A DNA stretch of 64,000 bases from Opitutia bacterium (GTDB lineage Bacteria; Verrucomicrobiota; Verrucomicrobiia; Opitutales; T3Sed10-336). The position numbers and the translations under genes are program-made. Every line of letters starts with the position of its first letter. Position 1 is the first letter of the stretch. Below, in pieces: positions 51,214 to 61,056 of this stretch. The notes beneath the pieces were generated by a model. That model saw only the letters and a program-made list of their open reading frames with translations, was not told where the DNA came from and did not search any database. Location: contig JBJHCF010000004.1 of NCBI GenBank assembly GCA_050506795.1, forward strand, positions 93,811-157,810, written 5' to 3'.

Positions 51214-52425
51214 TCAAAGGGCGGATGATTCCGCGATGTGGGCGCGGACGTTGTCGAGGCAACGGTAGGCCTGTTCCAGATCGTCGAAGCTTTTGGCCAC
51301 CCACGAGGAGCCCCAGTAAAAGTTGCAGCTGGTTTCGGCGCGCAGGATCGCTTCGTAGCCCTGCAAAAGGAGGCCGCGCAATTCCTCGGGATCGGTCAGG
51401 GTTGGTTTGGCGGATTCGAACTCCTTGACCACCTGACGGTAATAGCGGCTGGCGTTTTTGATTTCATCGAATCCCTTCTTCTGCAGAAGGGATCCGGTCC
51501 ACTGCATGAAGTCTCCGCCCCAGTGATCGCCGGTGTTCCAGGCGCCTGGATGAACCTCGACTTCTTCGGTGGGCGGATGAAGGTCCAGGTATTCCGGAAT
51601 GTGGGTCGGGCGATAGGCGAGTTTCCCATCGCGGTGTTTTTGCAGGGTGGGCTGGAGGAAATGGCCCCAAAAGCCGGCTTCCCAGTCACCGGTCCGGAAC
51701 CAGCCGCCGTTGTCGCCGTCGGTCCAGGTGGTGACCAGCGGCGGCCAGTCGCACCACTTGGTGCGCTCGACCAGTTCGTGTTCGAACCAGCCGGGGTCGA
51801 GGCCCGACTCCTGGGCGTCCGACAGTTCCCGGTCGCGGGGAATCACAATGATCTCGGCGCCGTCGTGCCGCGCCAGGTAGGGACGGTAGCGCATCTCCTC
51901 CCAGCGCATCTCTCGTTTTGGTTTGATGTAATAGGAATCCACCAGGACATAACGGAATCCGTGCCGGGCCAGCATGGGGATCATCTCCATGCAAAATCCC
52001 ATTTCCGGCGGCCAGAATCCCTGGAACCACTCGCGCTCCAGCAGGTGCTTGCCGAGTCCCAGCCAGTGTTCGGTTTGCGCGTCCCAGTCGGTGTCGGGAA
52101 TCAGCGGATACACCGGGTGGTATAAACCGCTGGCCACGATTTCGAACGGCGCACGGCGGTATCCCTCCAGCAGACCTTCGATATCGACGATGTCGGCGAA
52201 GGTTTCACGTACCGCCGGATCCTCCAACTGCCGGAGCAGGGTGCCGGAAAAACTGAAGTGCAACCGCGCGACGTCGGACCAGCTTCCGATGAAATGCAAC
52301 GGGCGTTCGTAGCTGCGCAGGATCTGGGTGGCTTCCCAGCTTTGGGTCGGATCCTTGTGCAGGGCGAGCAGGTTCCCGAGGGGCTGATGGAAATGAAGGC
52401 CGAGAGCGTGGTGAATGATCTTCAT
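51214..52425 (-). CDS. Glycoside hydrolase family 57
   Basis: [23 protein letters not shown] (nucleophile), WTDGDN, AETSC. Confidence 0.85.
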   Translation of the reverse strand: MKIIHHALGLHFHQPLGNLLALHKDPTQSWEATQILRSYERPLHFIGSWSDVARLHFSFSGTLLRQLEDPAVRETFADIVDIEGLLEGYRRAPFEIVASGLYHPVYPLIPDTDWDAQTEHWLGLGKHLLEREWFQGFWPPEMGFCMEMIPMLARHGFRYVLVDSYYIKPKREMRWEEMRYRPYLARHDGAEIIVIPRDRELSDAQESGLDPGWFEHELVERTKWCDWPPLVTTWTDGDNGGWFRTGDWEAGFWGHFLQPTLQKHRDGKLAYRPTHIPEYLDLHPPTEEVEVHPGAWNTGDHWGGDFMQWTGSLLQKKGFDEIKNASRYYRQVVKEFESAKPTLTDPEELRGLLLQGYEAILRAETSCNFYWGSSWVAKSFDDLEQAYRCLDNVRAHIAESSAL

Positions 52426-52437
52426 AGAATGGTATTA

Positions 52438-53799
52438 TTACATTGGCGGTTGGTCCGCCGGGCGACCAGGTGTTTTTTCCAGCCACAGGCCCCGGGAGTT
52501 GCGCGCTTTCTCGACATCCACAAGGGCGAGCAGCAGGCCTCCGACGATAAAGAACACGATGATCGCCAGAATAGCCGGGCGGGAGGATCCGAAAAGGATG
52601 GCCAGGCCCCCGAAAAGGAGGGGTCCCAGGATCGCGGAAAGTTTGTGGAATACGGTGAAAAACCCGAAAAAGTTGGCCGACGATTCGCGCGGGATCATGC
52701 TGGCGAAGAGCGACCGGCTCAAGGCCTGGTTGCCCCCCAGCACGAGGCCGACGATGAGACCGAGGATGAAAAATCCGACGATCGCGCCGGGTTGGAGAAA
52801 ATAGGCGTAGATAACCACGCCGCTCCAGACGACGAGCGAGAGTAGCAACGCGTTCTTGGTACCCATGGCGGTCGCCAGACGCGAAAAGAGGAGGGCGCCG
52901 CCGAAGGCGACGAATTGCACGATCAGAAAAGTGATCATGATCGCCTGGGTTCCCAGTTCCAGTTCGTCTTTCCCGTAGGCCGCGGAGACGCCGATCACCG
53001 TCTGAATGCCGTCGTTGTAGCAAAAGAAAGCCAGCAGAAAAAGAAGCAGAGCGGGAAAGCGGGGCAGGCGGCGGGTGATGGACCAGGTTTGACTGGTCCC
53101 GTGCCGGATGGCGGCGAACGGATTGGAGAACGTCGTTTCGCGGAAGCCCGGGGGAGGGGTTTCCCGGAGATGGATGAAGGTGTAGGCGGAAAATCCCAGC
53201 CACCAGAGGCCGGCGCTCAACAGGGCGATTCGCACCGCCATTTCTGCGGAAAGTCCGATCAAGTCGTGGCCCGAAACCAGCCCCAGGGCCAGCGTGAACT
53301 GCAGCGCCCCGCCCATGTAACCGTAGGCGAAACCCCGGCCGGAAAGTTCGTCCATGTCGTCATCCTCGGCCAGAGACGGAATAAAGGCATTGTAGAAAAC
53401 GTTGCCGGCGGTGTAGCACACCTGCGCCGCCACAAACGTCAGGAGGGACAGCCAGACCAGTCCGGGGGTGGCGAAAAAAAGCAGCGAGGCAAATAGACAT
53501 CCACCCCAGGCGAAGGCCATGAGAAATTTTCGTTTGAGCAGGGTGAAGTCGGCGATGGCTCCCAGAACCGGGGCCATCATAAACACCAGGATTGCCGCGG
53601 TGGCCAGTGCCAGACCCCATAACCCGGAGGCCGGGACTTCTCTCCCGAAAATGGAAAACCCTTCCGGCACGATCGCTTCGACGAAAAACACCGGAAAAAG
53701 CGCCGAGGCAGTGGTCACCTGGTACCCGTTGGTGGCCCAGTCGTACATGCACCAGGCGTGCCGGTTTTTTTTATCGGCAGTTGTTGCTTCCGTATTCAT
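52438..53799 (-). CDS. MFS transporter, UMF1/ATG22-like
   Basis: AWCMYDWA, PVLGAIAD, NVFYNAF, SGRGFAYGYMGG, YNDGIQT, QALSRSLF. Confidence 0.88.
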   Translation of the reverse strand: MNTEATTADKKNRHAWCMYDWATNGYQVTTASALFPVFFVEAIVPEGFSIFGREVPASGLWGLALATAAILVFMMAPVLGAIADFTLLKRKFLMAFAWGGCLFASLLFFATPGLVWLSLLTFVAAQVCYTAGNVFYNAFIPSLAEDDDMDELSGRGFAYGYMGGALQFTLALGLVSGHDLIGLSAEMAVRIALLSAGLWWLGFSAYTFIHLRETPPPGFRETTFSNPFAAIRHGTSQTWSITRRLPRFPALLLFLLAFFCYNDGIQTVIGVSAAYGKDELELGTQAIMITFLIVQFVAFGGALLFSRLATAMGTKNALLLSLVVWSGVVIYAYFLQPGAIVGFFILGLIVGLVLGGNQALSRSLFASMIPRESSANFFGFFTVFHKLSAILGPLLFGGLAILFGSSRPAILAIIVFFIVGGLLLALVDVEKARNSRGLWLEKTPGRPADQPPM

Positions 53800-53879
53800 T
53801 GACACCGGCCATTGAAACGCCGGGGGCTTTGACAGTAAAGCTTGAGATTAATGCGCAGCACTCGCCAATCCGGCGGCAA

Positions 53880-54080
53880 CCGGCGGCGCGGGATCCCCGC
53901 CCTCCAGGGCGTTGTCGCCCGATCGGCGAACCACCGGTTCTTTCTTTCTGGAGGGCCATGCTCCCGCATGGCCGCTGGCTTGGGAGCGCGGTCATCCTGC
54001 ACGCAGCGGCGGCGCGGGAGCGCCGCCCCCCAGGAAGCAGAGGGGCGATTTCGATTCCGATTCGGCTTCTCAAACGATGA
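53880..54080. repeat. ~200-bp composite REP block, copy 1
   Basis: Same modules and order as 54804-55007. Confidence 0.8.
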
Positions 54081-54119
54081 ACGAGCTTAACCGAGCGCCA
54101 TTCTGCCTACCTGAATCGT

Positions 54120-54698
54120 TTATGGGAAAAGGCGTTCTTTGATCCAGGTTTCGTGGTCCCGGCGGAAAATCACCCGGTGGTGTTGGCGGAAGGGTTTTTC
54201 CACCCAGAACTCGATGGTTTCGGGGAGGAGCCGGAAACCGGACCAGTTGTCCGGCCGGGGGATTTCTCCGAAACCGTATCGCGCGGTAACCGCCATCACG
54301 TTTTTCTCCAGCTCAAGCGCGGTTTTCATCGGTTGCGACTGACGGGAAGCCCAGGCGCCGATGCGACTCAAGCGGGGGCGGCTGGCAAAATAGGCGTCCG
54401 CGGTGGCGTCGTCGACCGGCTGGACCGGCCCGTGAACGCGGACCTGACGCTTTAGCGGCATCCAGTAAAAACAGAGTTCCGCTTGCGGGTTCGCTTTGAG
54501 GTCGCGGGCTTTGGGACTGTCGAGGTTCGTGTAAACCACGAATCCGTCGGGTCCGTGGTCCTTGAGGAGCACCATGCGGCAACTCGGCCGGCCTTCCGTC
54601 GAGGCGGTGGCCAGCGCGCAGGCGTTGGGTTCGGTCAGGCCGGCCTTGCCGGCATCGGCCAGCCACCGGGTGAACAGGCTGAATGGGTCAGAGCTCAT
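54120..54698 (-). CDS. pdxH: Pyridoxamine 5'-phosphate oxidase
   Basis: RMVLLK, YTNLDSPK, RQVRV, YFASRP..SRIGAWASRQS, RPDNWSG, EFW, RLFP. Confidence 0.93.
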   Translation of the reverse strand: MSSDPFSLFTRWLADAGKAGLTEPNACALATASTEGRPSCRMVLLKDHGPDGFVVYTNLDSPKARDLKANPQAELCFYWMPLKRQVRVHGPVQPVDDATADAYFASRPRLSRIGAWASRQSQPMKTALELEKNVMAVTARYGFGEIPRPDNWSGFRLLPETIEFWVEKPFRQHHRVIFRRDHETWIKERLFP

Positions 54699-54803
54699 GG
54701 GGATGAGTGTAGCGACTGTTGGTTGGATTGACCACGCTGTTTTAAAACGAATGGTGCTCGGTTAACGATTTGATTGAAGCCGCTTAGCCGAATCGCATCG
54801 GCC

Positions 54804-55007
54804 TGGGAGCGCGTGCATCCTGCACGCACCGGCGGCGCGGGAGCGCCGCCCTCGAGGGCGTTCTCGCCCGATTGGCGAACCATCGGTTTCCCCTGGAGGG
54901 CCATGCTCCCGCATGGCCGCGCTGGGTGTCTTGCCCGCACACCGGCGGGGAGGGCCGCTCTCCGGGAAGCAGAGGCGCGATTCCGATTTGATTTTCTAAA
55001 CGATGAA
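54804..55007. repeat. ~200-bp composite REP block, copy 2
   Basis: Shares CATCCTGCACGCA, CGGCGGCGCGGGAGCGCCGCCC, CTGGAGGGCCATGCTCCCGCATGGCCGC, GGAAGCAGAGG...AAACGATGAA with copy 1. Confidence 0.8.
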
Positions 55008-55010
55008 ACG

Positions 55011-57506
55011 TTACAGGTCGCAGGCGCCGCCGGCGCAGGCGACGGTTTCCTTGAGTGAGGTGTCGTCGCGTTGTTCCAGGAGCGTGGTGTAATCGACCGG
55101 TTTGTAACGCAGGCGATTCCAGCGGGCGACGTCCTCTTCGGTGGTGACTTCTTCGCGGGGGGCCTGGGCGTAGGTTTTGTCGCCGGAATGTGCCAGCAGC
55201 GAAATGCCGGTGAAGTATTCCCGGTTTTCCCAGATGAATCGGGCCACGGCATCCCATTCCTCCGGCTTCACGGTGCAGGTGTTGGACACGTTGTGATGGA
55301 GGCCGGGCGAGTAGCGCTCGGAGGCGCGACCGGCCTGGACCCAGTACTTCTGGACGAGGCGCACGTATTCCAGGAAGGGCACGGCGTCGATTTCGTTCCG
55401 GAAGATGGCCGATTCCGGGGCCTCCACCGGAAACAGGATCACGTCGTCGGTATCCGGGTTGTAGACCGAGCGTTCGGTCATGTGGGAGTTGGTGTCGTGG
55501 AAATGTCGATACACCGGGTCGTTGCGGTTGCACTGGACGCGGCGGAAATACCGTTTGGCGTGGTGCGGGTGAATGCCCGATCCGGTGCCCAGGAGCAGGG
55601 AGGCGGTGCCTTCCGGTTTGACGCAGGTGACGCGGGCGGCCGGACGGATGCCGATCGCCGCCGCCACGGCGGCGTTGACGGCGCGGCAAATGGTCGCTCC
55701 GCGCTCCAGGATGCCGGGATTGAGGAAGACCTCGGGGTGGTCCATGATGCCGCAAATGGAGACGCCCAGCAGGGATTCGCGTTCGTTGATGAAGCGGCTG
55801 ACCGGTCCCAGGTAGGGCATGTCGGTGTAGGAAGCCTGCAGGGTGCCGATAACGGAGGCGTGAAAGCAGGCGGCGTAAAAGTCGTCCTCGTTCGCCACCG
55901 CTCCGGCGCTGATGGTGGAGAGGTTGCACATTTGCCATCCGGATAAACGGGTGTCCGCTTCGAGCGGTCCGTCGTAACCGAGCGAGCGCAGATGAGCGGT
56001 ATCCGCTTCGTCGAGAGGTCCGAGAACGACCGGGTTCAGACCGATTTCGCAGCAGGGATTGCAGCCGTATTCCCGATCGGCGGTGAAATAAAACCCGGGT
56101 TCGCCGAATTCCTTTTGCGCTTCAAACAATTCCAGGAATCGATTTTCCTCGGCCTGGTCGCGCACGATCACGGCCGAGTTGTTGGAGGCGCTGCGCTGGG
56201 GATTCTCGTTGAACCACTCTCCGGTTTTGGCGGCCATCATTTCCGCGTCGTCCGCTGAAAACAGGCAGATGGTGGCGGAGCGCCGCACTCCGCCGGCCAG
56301 GACCGCCTTGGAGACGTGCATGCAGATGTCGTACGCTTCAATCGGTTTCAGGCGGCGGCCGGCGGCATGGTTGAGGATTTCCTCGGTGCGCAGCAGCGCC
56401 CGTTTGAGGGGGAGGTGTCCGGGAGCTTTGCCGCCCGAGGTGATCAGGGGAGCGCCTCGCGGACGAATCCGGGAGAAGTTGAATTCCAGCTTGTATCCTT
56501 CCAGAAACGAGAGCAGGAGTTCATGCAGCGCGTCGGCCCAGCCTTCGATGGTGTCGCCCACGGTGTGGTGGCGGACCGGGAGATCCATTTCGGCCTTGCG
56601 TTTGGGCAGCGCGGGCAGGCGTTCGACGTGGTGGGTCTGGACCGAGAATCCGCAGCCGGTGCCCGCCAGGAGGAGGTAGAGGTACTCGCGGAAAAAGGTG
56701 ATGCGGTCGACCGGGCTGAAAGAGCAGTTGAACATCCGGGCGTTGGAGCGAAGAATCGCCTCGCCGCCGAACTGGAGCGAGCGCATGGACGGCAGAACCC
56801 GCTGTTCCTTGACCGCGGAAAAGGCGTCCTCGATCAACTGCGTGAGGCCTTTTTCGCCGAACATCTGCCGCACCCGTGCGGCGGTGTCCTCACCGATACC
56901 ACCATCGCTTGCCAGGGAGGCGAGCGCCGGCGCGATGGTGTTTGGACGCTCGCGTTGGCGAAAGTTTTCCAAGTGCATGGCGGTGACGCGATCCACCGCC
57001 TCGGAGAAGGTTTCCCGGCGTTTGAGATCCGAGCGGTAGCGGGCGTACCGGGAGACGGCGATGTACTCGCGCAGTCCGTTTTCCTGGTAGCGGTGCAGGC
57101 GGAGCTCCGCTTTCATCTGCCGGTACAGGATGTAGGCGCGGGCCACTTCCCATTCGCCCTCGGAGGCGATGGCTTTTTCCACCACGTCCTGGATCTCTTC
57201 GATGCCGGGGGTCTTCCCCTGGAGATAGTGAAGCTCCAACATCTGGCTGGCCCGCTGGGTTATGGCCACCGCCTTGAGGAAATCGCTCGCGTCCAGACCG
57301 TAGCGGCGCCCGGCGTCGTCACGCAACGGGTTGGGGCCGCCTTCGTGGCGGACATCGTAAAAGGCGAGGGCGATCGCCCGAGTGATTTTGGCGGCGTCCC
57401 AAGGCACCACGGTGCCGTCCCGCTTGGCGACCTGTCGATCGGCTTCGGGGATGGCACGGAAGCGTTTTCCGGGGAGTTTCACGGCAAATTCCTGTGTACT
57501 AGACAT
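55011..57506 (-). CDS. nrdJ: Class II (B12-dependent) ribonucleotide reductase, RTPR-like, with ATP cone
   Basis: VAKRDG ATP cone; MFNCSF, GGVRRSA, SNNS, NPCCEI, CNL, CVKPEGT, C-terminal CAGGACDL; no nrdB nearby. Confidence 0.88.
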   Translation of the reverse strand: MSSTQEFAVKLPGKRFRAIPEADRQVAKRDGTVVPWDAAKITRAIALAFYDVRHEGGPNPLRDDAGRRYGLDASDFLKAVAITQRASQMLELHYLQGKTPGIEEIQDVVEKAIASEGEWEVARAYILYRQMKAELRLHRYQENGLREYIAVSRYARYRSDLKRRETFSEAVDRVTAMHLENFRQRERPNTIAPALASLASDGGIGEDTAARVRQMFGEKGLTQLIEDAFSAVKEQRVLPSMRSLQFGGEAILRSNARMFNCSFSPVDRITFFREYLYLLLAGTGCGFSVQTHHVERLPALPKRKAEMDLPVRHHTVGDTIEGWADALHELLLSFLEGYKLEFNFSRIRPRGAPLITSGGKAPGHLPLKRALLRTEEILNHAAGRRLKPIEAYDICMHVSKAVLAGGVRRSATICLFSADDAEMMAAKTGEWFNENPQRSASNNSAVIVRDQAEENRFLELFEAQKEFGEPGFYFTADREYGCNPCCEIGLNPVVLGPLDEADTAHLRSLGYDGPLEADTRLSGWQMCNLSTISAGAVANEDDFYAACFHASVIGTLQASYTDMPYLGPVSRFINERESLLGVSICGIMDHPEVFLNPGILERGATICRAVNAAVAAAIGIRPAARVTCVKPEGTASLLLGTGSGIHPHHAKRYFRRVQCNRNDPVYRHFHDTNSHMTERSVYNPDTDDVILFPVEAPESAIFRNEIDAVPFLEYVRLVQKYWVQAGRASERYSPGLHHNVSNTCTVKPEEWDAVARFIWENREYFTGISLLAHSGDKTYAQAPREEVTTEEDVARWNRLRYKPVDYTTLLEQRDDTSLKETVACAGGACDL

Positions 57507-57844
57507 TTTTTCTGATTGAAAGGTTCGTTTTCGGAAGCAGTGGCTTGAGTATGGCCTGTTCCGGAATCCCGGAAATTGATACGGATCAATTTCCAGTGGA
57601 AATCGGCGGGAGGGCGCCGGTGCGCCGGTCGAATCTGATGCTGTGCAATCGCTTCGCCGGGTCAATGAGAGGAGAAAATCAGTACCGCCACTTTAACGTT
57701 TGTTCAGCGACGTTTATGACCGTGGGACTGTCAAATTGAGACGGCCGGAATTTGAGTTGAACCGGCGGCGGCACTCAGGGTCAGAATGATTCCGAGATCG
57801 ATCGTTCTTCAGTATCGATATCCACCTTACATTCCAGCCTGATC

Positions 57845-59260
57845 ATGAACACATTGCGTGGTATTATTCCGGTAGCCCTCCTTTTTTTCTCGATCGCTCA
57901 GCTGTCCGCCGAGTCGCCGGTGGTGTTCGAGGAGGTCACGGTACACGATCCCATGGTGGTCCGTGTTGACGGCACCTTTTACGTTTTCGGCTCGCACCTG
58001 GCCTCCGCCAAGTCGGATGACCTGATGCGGTGGACCCAGATCTCGGAGGGGGTGAGAACCGGCAATCCTCTGATTCCGAACGTTTTGGAAGAAATGCGGG
58101 AGGCATTGGAGTGGGGAGAGAGTCGGACCTTCTGGGCCGGCTGTGTCATTCAGTTGGAAGATGGACGGTTTTACTTTTATTACAGTGTTTGCCGCGGTGA
58201 TTCCCCGAGGTCCGCGTTGGGGCTCGCGGTGGCGGATGACGTGGAGGGGCCCTACCGTCATGTGGACATCCTTCTGAAATCGGGAATGTGGGATCAGCCG
58301 AGCGAAAACGGGGCCATCTACGACGCCACAGTGCATCCCAACGCCATCGATCCGCATGTCTTTTTCGATAAGGAGGGGAAATTGTGGATGGTTTACGGCT
58401 CCTATTCCGGAGGGATTTTTATCCTGGAAATGGATCCGGAAACCGGGAAACCCCTGCCGCGCCGGGGTTACGGCAAGAAACTCCTGGGCGGCAACCACAG
58501 CCGGATCGAGGCGCCGTACATCCTCTATCATCCCGAGACCGACTATTATTACCTCTTTCTTTCGTTCGGCGGACTGGATGCCAACGGCGGTTACAATATC
58601 CGGGTGGCGCGTTCGGCCAGTCCCTTCGGACCCTATTTCGATCCCATGGGTAACGACATGATCGACGTCCGCGGGGAGGAGGGCACCATTTTCGACGACC
58701 GCTCCATCGAGCCCTTTGGAGCGAAGCTGGCGGGGAATTTTCAGTTCAATAACGACGCCGGTGAACCGGGCCTTGGGTACGTCTCCCCCGGGCACAATTC
58801 CGCCTATTTCGATAAGGACACGGGCAAAGCCTATATCATTTTTCACAGTCGCTTCCCCGGAATGGGGCAGCGGCATCACGTTCGCGTGCATTCGCTGCTG
58901 ATGAACTCGGAAGGCTGGCCCTTGATCGCGCCGCACCGTTATACCGGGGAGGAGCGAGCCGCCGTGTCGGGTGAAGAGGTTGCCGGCCGCTATCAGTACG
59001 TCAATCATGGGCGCGATATTTCCAGCGAGATCAAACGGCCGGCGGTGATCGAAATCGAGTCCGATGGCACGTTATCGGGCGATGCCGCGGGGAGCTGGGA
59101 GCTCACCGGCGAAGATACCGCGGACCTGTCGATCGACGGCGCGGTTTACCACGGGGTTTTTGTCCGGCAGTGGGATTCCGGAGACCAACGGGACACCCTG
59201 GCCTTTACCGGGATGTCGAGCGAAGGGGTGTCGATCTGGGCGACGCGTCTGCTGGATTGA
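57845..59260 (+). CDS. GH43 endo-1,5-alpha-L-arabinanase-like protein
   Basis: Signal peptide; VHDP, FWA, NAIDP, YGSYSGGI, IEAPY, PGHNS; C-terminal GH43_C-like domain. Confidence 0.88.
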   Translation: MNTLRGIIPVALLFFSIAQLSAESPVVFEEVTVHDPMVVRVDGTFYVFGSHLASAKSDDLMRWTQISEGVRTGNPLIPNVLEEMREALEWGESRTFWAGCVIQLEDGRFYFYYSVCRGDSPRSALGLAVADDVEGPYRHVDILLKSGMWDQPSENGAIYDATVHPNAIDPHVFFDKEGKLWMVYGSYSGGIFILEMDPETGKPLPRRGYGKKLLGGNHSRIEAPYILYHPETDYYYLFLSFGGLDANGGYNIRVARSASPFGPYFDPMGNDMIDVRGEEGTIFDDRSIEPFGAKLAGNFQFNNDAGEPGLGYVSPGHNSAYFDKDTGKAYIIFHSRFPGMGQRHHVRVHSLLMNSEGWPLIAPHRYTGEERAAVSGEEVAGRYQYVNHGRDISSEIKRPAVIEIESDGTLSGDAAGSWELTGEDTADLSIDGAVYHGVFVRQWDSGDQRDTLAFTGMSSEGVSIWATRLLD

Positions 59261-59276
59261 TCGCCCGGGGAGTCTT

Positions 59277-60260
59277 TTAATCTTCGTGTAACAGGTCGGC
59301 CATGACGTCGTCGACGGTCAACCCGTCGCCGATGACACCCATGGCCCGCATCTCGCGCAGGAGGTTTTCGGTCCGGTCGCGATCGAGGCGGCCGATGGAT
59401 TCGCCGTCTTCCGGATTCCCCGTCACCAGGTTTAGCCGTCGCATGGTCTGGCGGGCGTAGTCGATGAATTCCGGAGACATGGCGGCGTTGCGCCGGAGGA
59501 TGATTTCGTCGGCGGGGGAGGGATCGCCCTCCAGGTACTCGCGCCAGCCTTGCTCGGAGGCTCGCAGAAAACGGGTCACGGTTTCCGGATTCTCCCGGAC
59601 GAAATCACGGTGCGCGAACAGCGCGTGGTAGGGGTCGTACCCGGTTTCGGCGATCAGCCACGTCTTGACCTCCACGCCTTCCCCCCGGGCGTAGAATGGC
59701 TGGTTGCTGATAAAACACTGCTGGATCAACTCCGGATCGGCGAGGAACCGTCCCAGCCCGTAATCCAGGCTGACGATTTCCAGGTTTACCTCGAAGTGAT
59801 GTTCGAGGTAGTCGATCCAGATGGATCCCGGCATGGCCATGACCCGGCGGCCGTCGAGGTCCTCCCAGGTTTCCGCGGGATCATCGGCGTGAAACATCAG
59901 GGCCTGGGGATCGCGCTGCAGGGTGGCGGCCACGATGACCAGCGGCATGCCGCGATCGATGGCGGCGATCACGTCGTCGGCGCGGGAAAACCCAAACGTC
60001 GCGCGTCCACGGGCCACCGACTGCAGCGGCAGGGCGTTGGGACCGCCCTGGATGATTTCAACCTCAAGCCCGGCGGCGTCGTAGCCGCCGCCGGCCCAGG
60101 CCTGGTAGTAGCCGCCGTGTTCCGGTTGGGCGAACCAGTCGGTCTGCACGCGCAGGAGACCGGTGTCAGCGGATGGCCCGCCGCACGCGGCCGCCAAGGC
60201 GGCGATTGGAAGCAGAGTCGCCAGACGAAGGGGCTGCGGAGCTGATTTTAGCGGAAACAC
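59277..60260 (-). CDS. NMT1/THI5-family ABC substrate-binding lipoprotein
   Basis: LAAA-C lipobox; DWFAQPEHGGYYQA, GLEVEIIQGGP, QRDPQALMFH, FLRASEQGW. Confidence 0.82.
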   Translation of the reverse strand: MFPLKSAPQPLRLATLLPIAALAAACGGPSADTGLLRVQTDWFAQPEHGGYYQAWAGGGYDAAGLEVEIIQGGPNALPLQSVARGRATFGFSRADDVIAAIDRGMPLVIVAATLQRDPQALMFHADDPAETWEDLDGRRVMAMPGSIWIDYLEHHFEVNLEIVSLDYGLGRFLADPELIQQCFISNQPFYARGEGVEVKTWLIAETGYDPYHALFAHRDFVRENPETVTRFLRASEQGWREYLEGDPSPADEIILRRNAAMSPEFIDYARQTMRRLNLVTGNPEDGESIGRLDRDRTENLLREMRAMGVIGDGLTVDDVMADLLHED

Positions 60261-60273
60261 TTTCTACGATCCA

Positions 60274-61038
60274 TCAATCCAGTCGCACCGGCACTTCGTG
60301 TTTCGCCAGGTAACGTTTGACTTCTTCGATCTTGAAAGTGCCAAAGTGGAAAAGCGAGGCCGCCAGCACGGCGGAAGCCCGTCCCTCCTGCAGAACCTTG
60401 AGAAAGTGTTCCATACGGCCGGCCCCTCCGGAAGCGATCACCGGCACCTCCACGGCGTTGGAAACCCGCCGCGTCAATTCCACGTCGTAACCGTTCTGGG
60501 TGCCGTCGCAATCCATGCTGGTCAGCAGGATCTCTCCCGCTCCCAGGGAGACCACATGCCGGGCCCAGGCGACCGCGTCGAGCTCGGTGGCGTTGCGCCC
60601 GCCGTGGGTGTACACCCGCCACCGGTCCTCGTTCGGCTCCTTTTTCGCATCGATGGCGACCACGATGCATTGGTTGCCGAAGCGCCGGGAGGCGGCAAGG
60701 ACGAGGTCCGGGTCGTTGACCGCCGCGGTGTTCAGGCTGACCTTGTCGGCGCCGGCGTTGAGCATCTGGCGAATGTTGTCGACCGTGCGCAAACCGCCGC
60801 CGACGGTGAGAGGCATGAAACAGACCGAGGCCGTCTCCTCCACCACATGGAGCATGATCTCGCGCTCGTCACTTGACGCGGTGATATCGAGGAATACCAG
60901 TTCATCGGCCCCCTGCTCCTCGTAGGTTTTGGCGGTGGCCACCGGATCCCCGGCATCGCGCAATTCCTGAAAGCGAATCCCTTTGACCACCCGCCCGCCG
61001 GCGACGTCGAGGCAGGGTATGATGCGGCGTGCGAGCAT
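60274..61038 (-). CDS. hisF: Imidazole glycerol phosphate synthase cyclase subunit
   Basis: [52 protein letters not shown]. Confidence 0.96.
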   Translation of the reverse strand: MLARRIIPCLDVAGGRVVKGIRFQELRDAGDPVATAKTYEEQGADELVFLDITASSDEREIMLHVVEETASVCFMPLTVGGGLRTVDNIRQMLNAGADKVSLNTAAVNDPDLVLAASRRFGNQCIVVAIDAKKEPNEDRWRVYTHGGRNATELDAVAWARHVVSLGAGEILLTSMDCDGTQNGYDVELTRRVSNAVEVPVIASGGAGRMEHFLKVLQEGRASAVLAASLFHFGTFKIEEVKRYLAKHEVPVRLD

Positions 61039-61056
61039 GTCTGGGGCTTTCAGCTA

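Noticed and set aside
53880..55007. CRISPR-like repeat array
   Set aside because: Repeats are mixed palindromes in both orientations with repeated linkers and no regular spacing; no cas genes
57510..57840. Cobalamin riboswitch or NrdR boxes upstream of nrdJ
   Set aside because: No B12-box core or NrdR palindrome recognised by eye
59277..60260. THI5-type HMP-P synthase (near hisF and pdxH)
   Set aside because: The PLP Lys/His segment (GLKAMIH in Thi5) reads GFSRADD, there is no CCCFC motif, and it has a lipobox, so it is a binding protein
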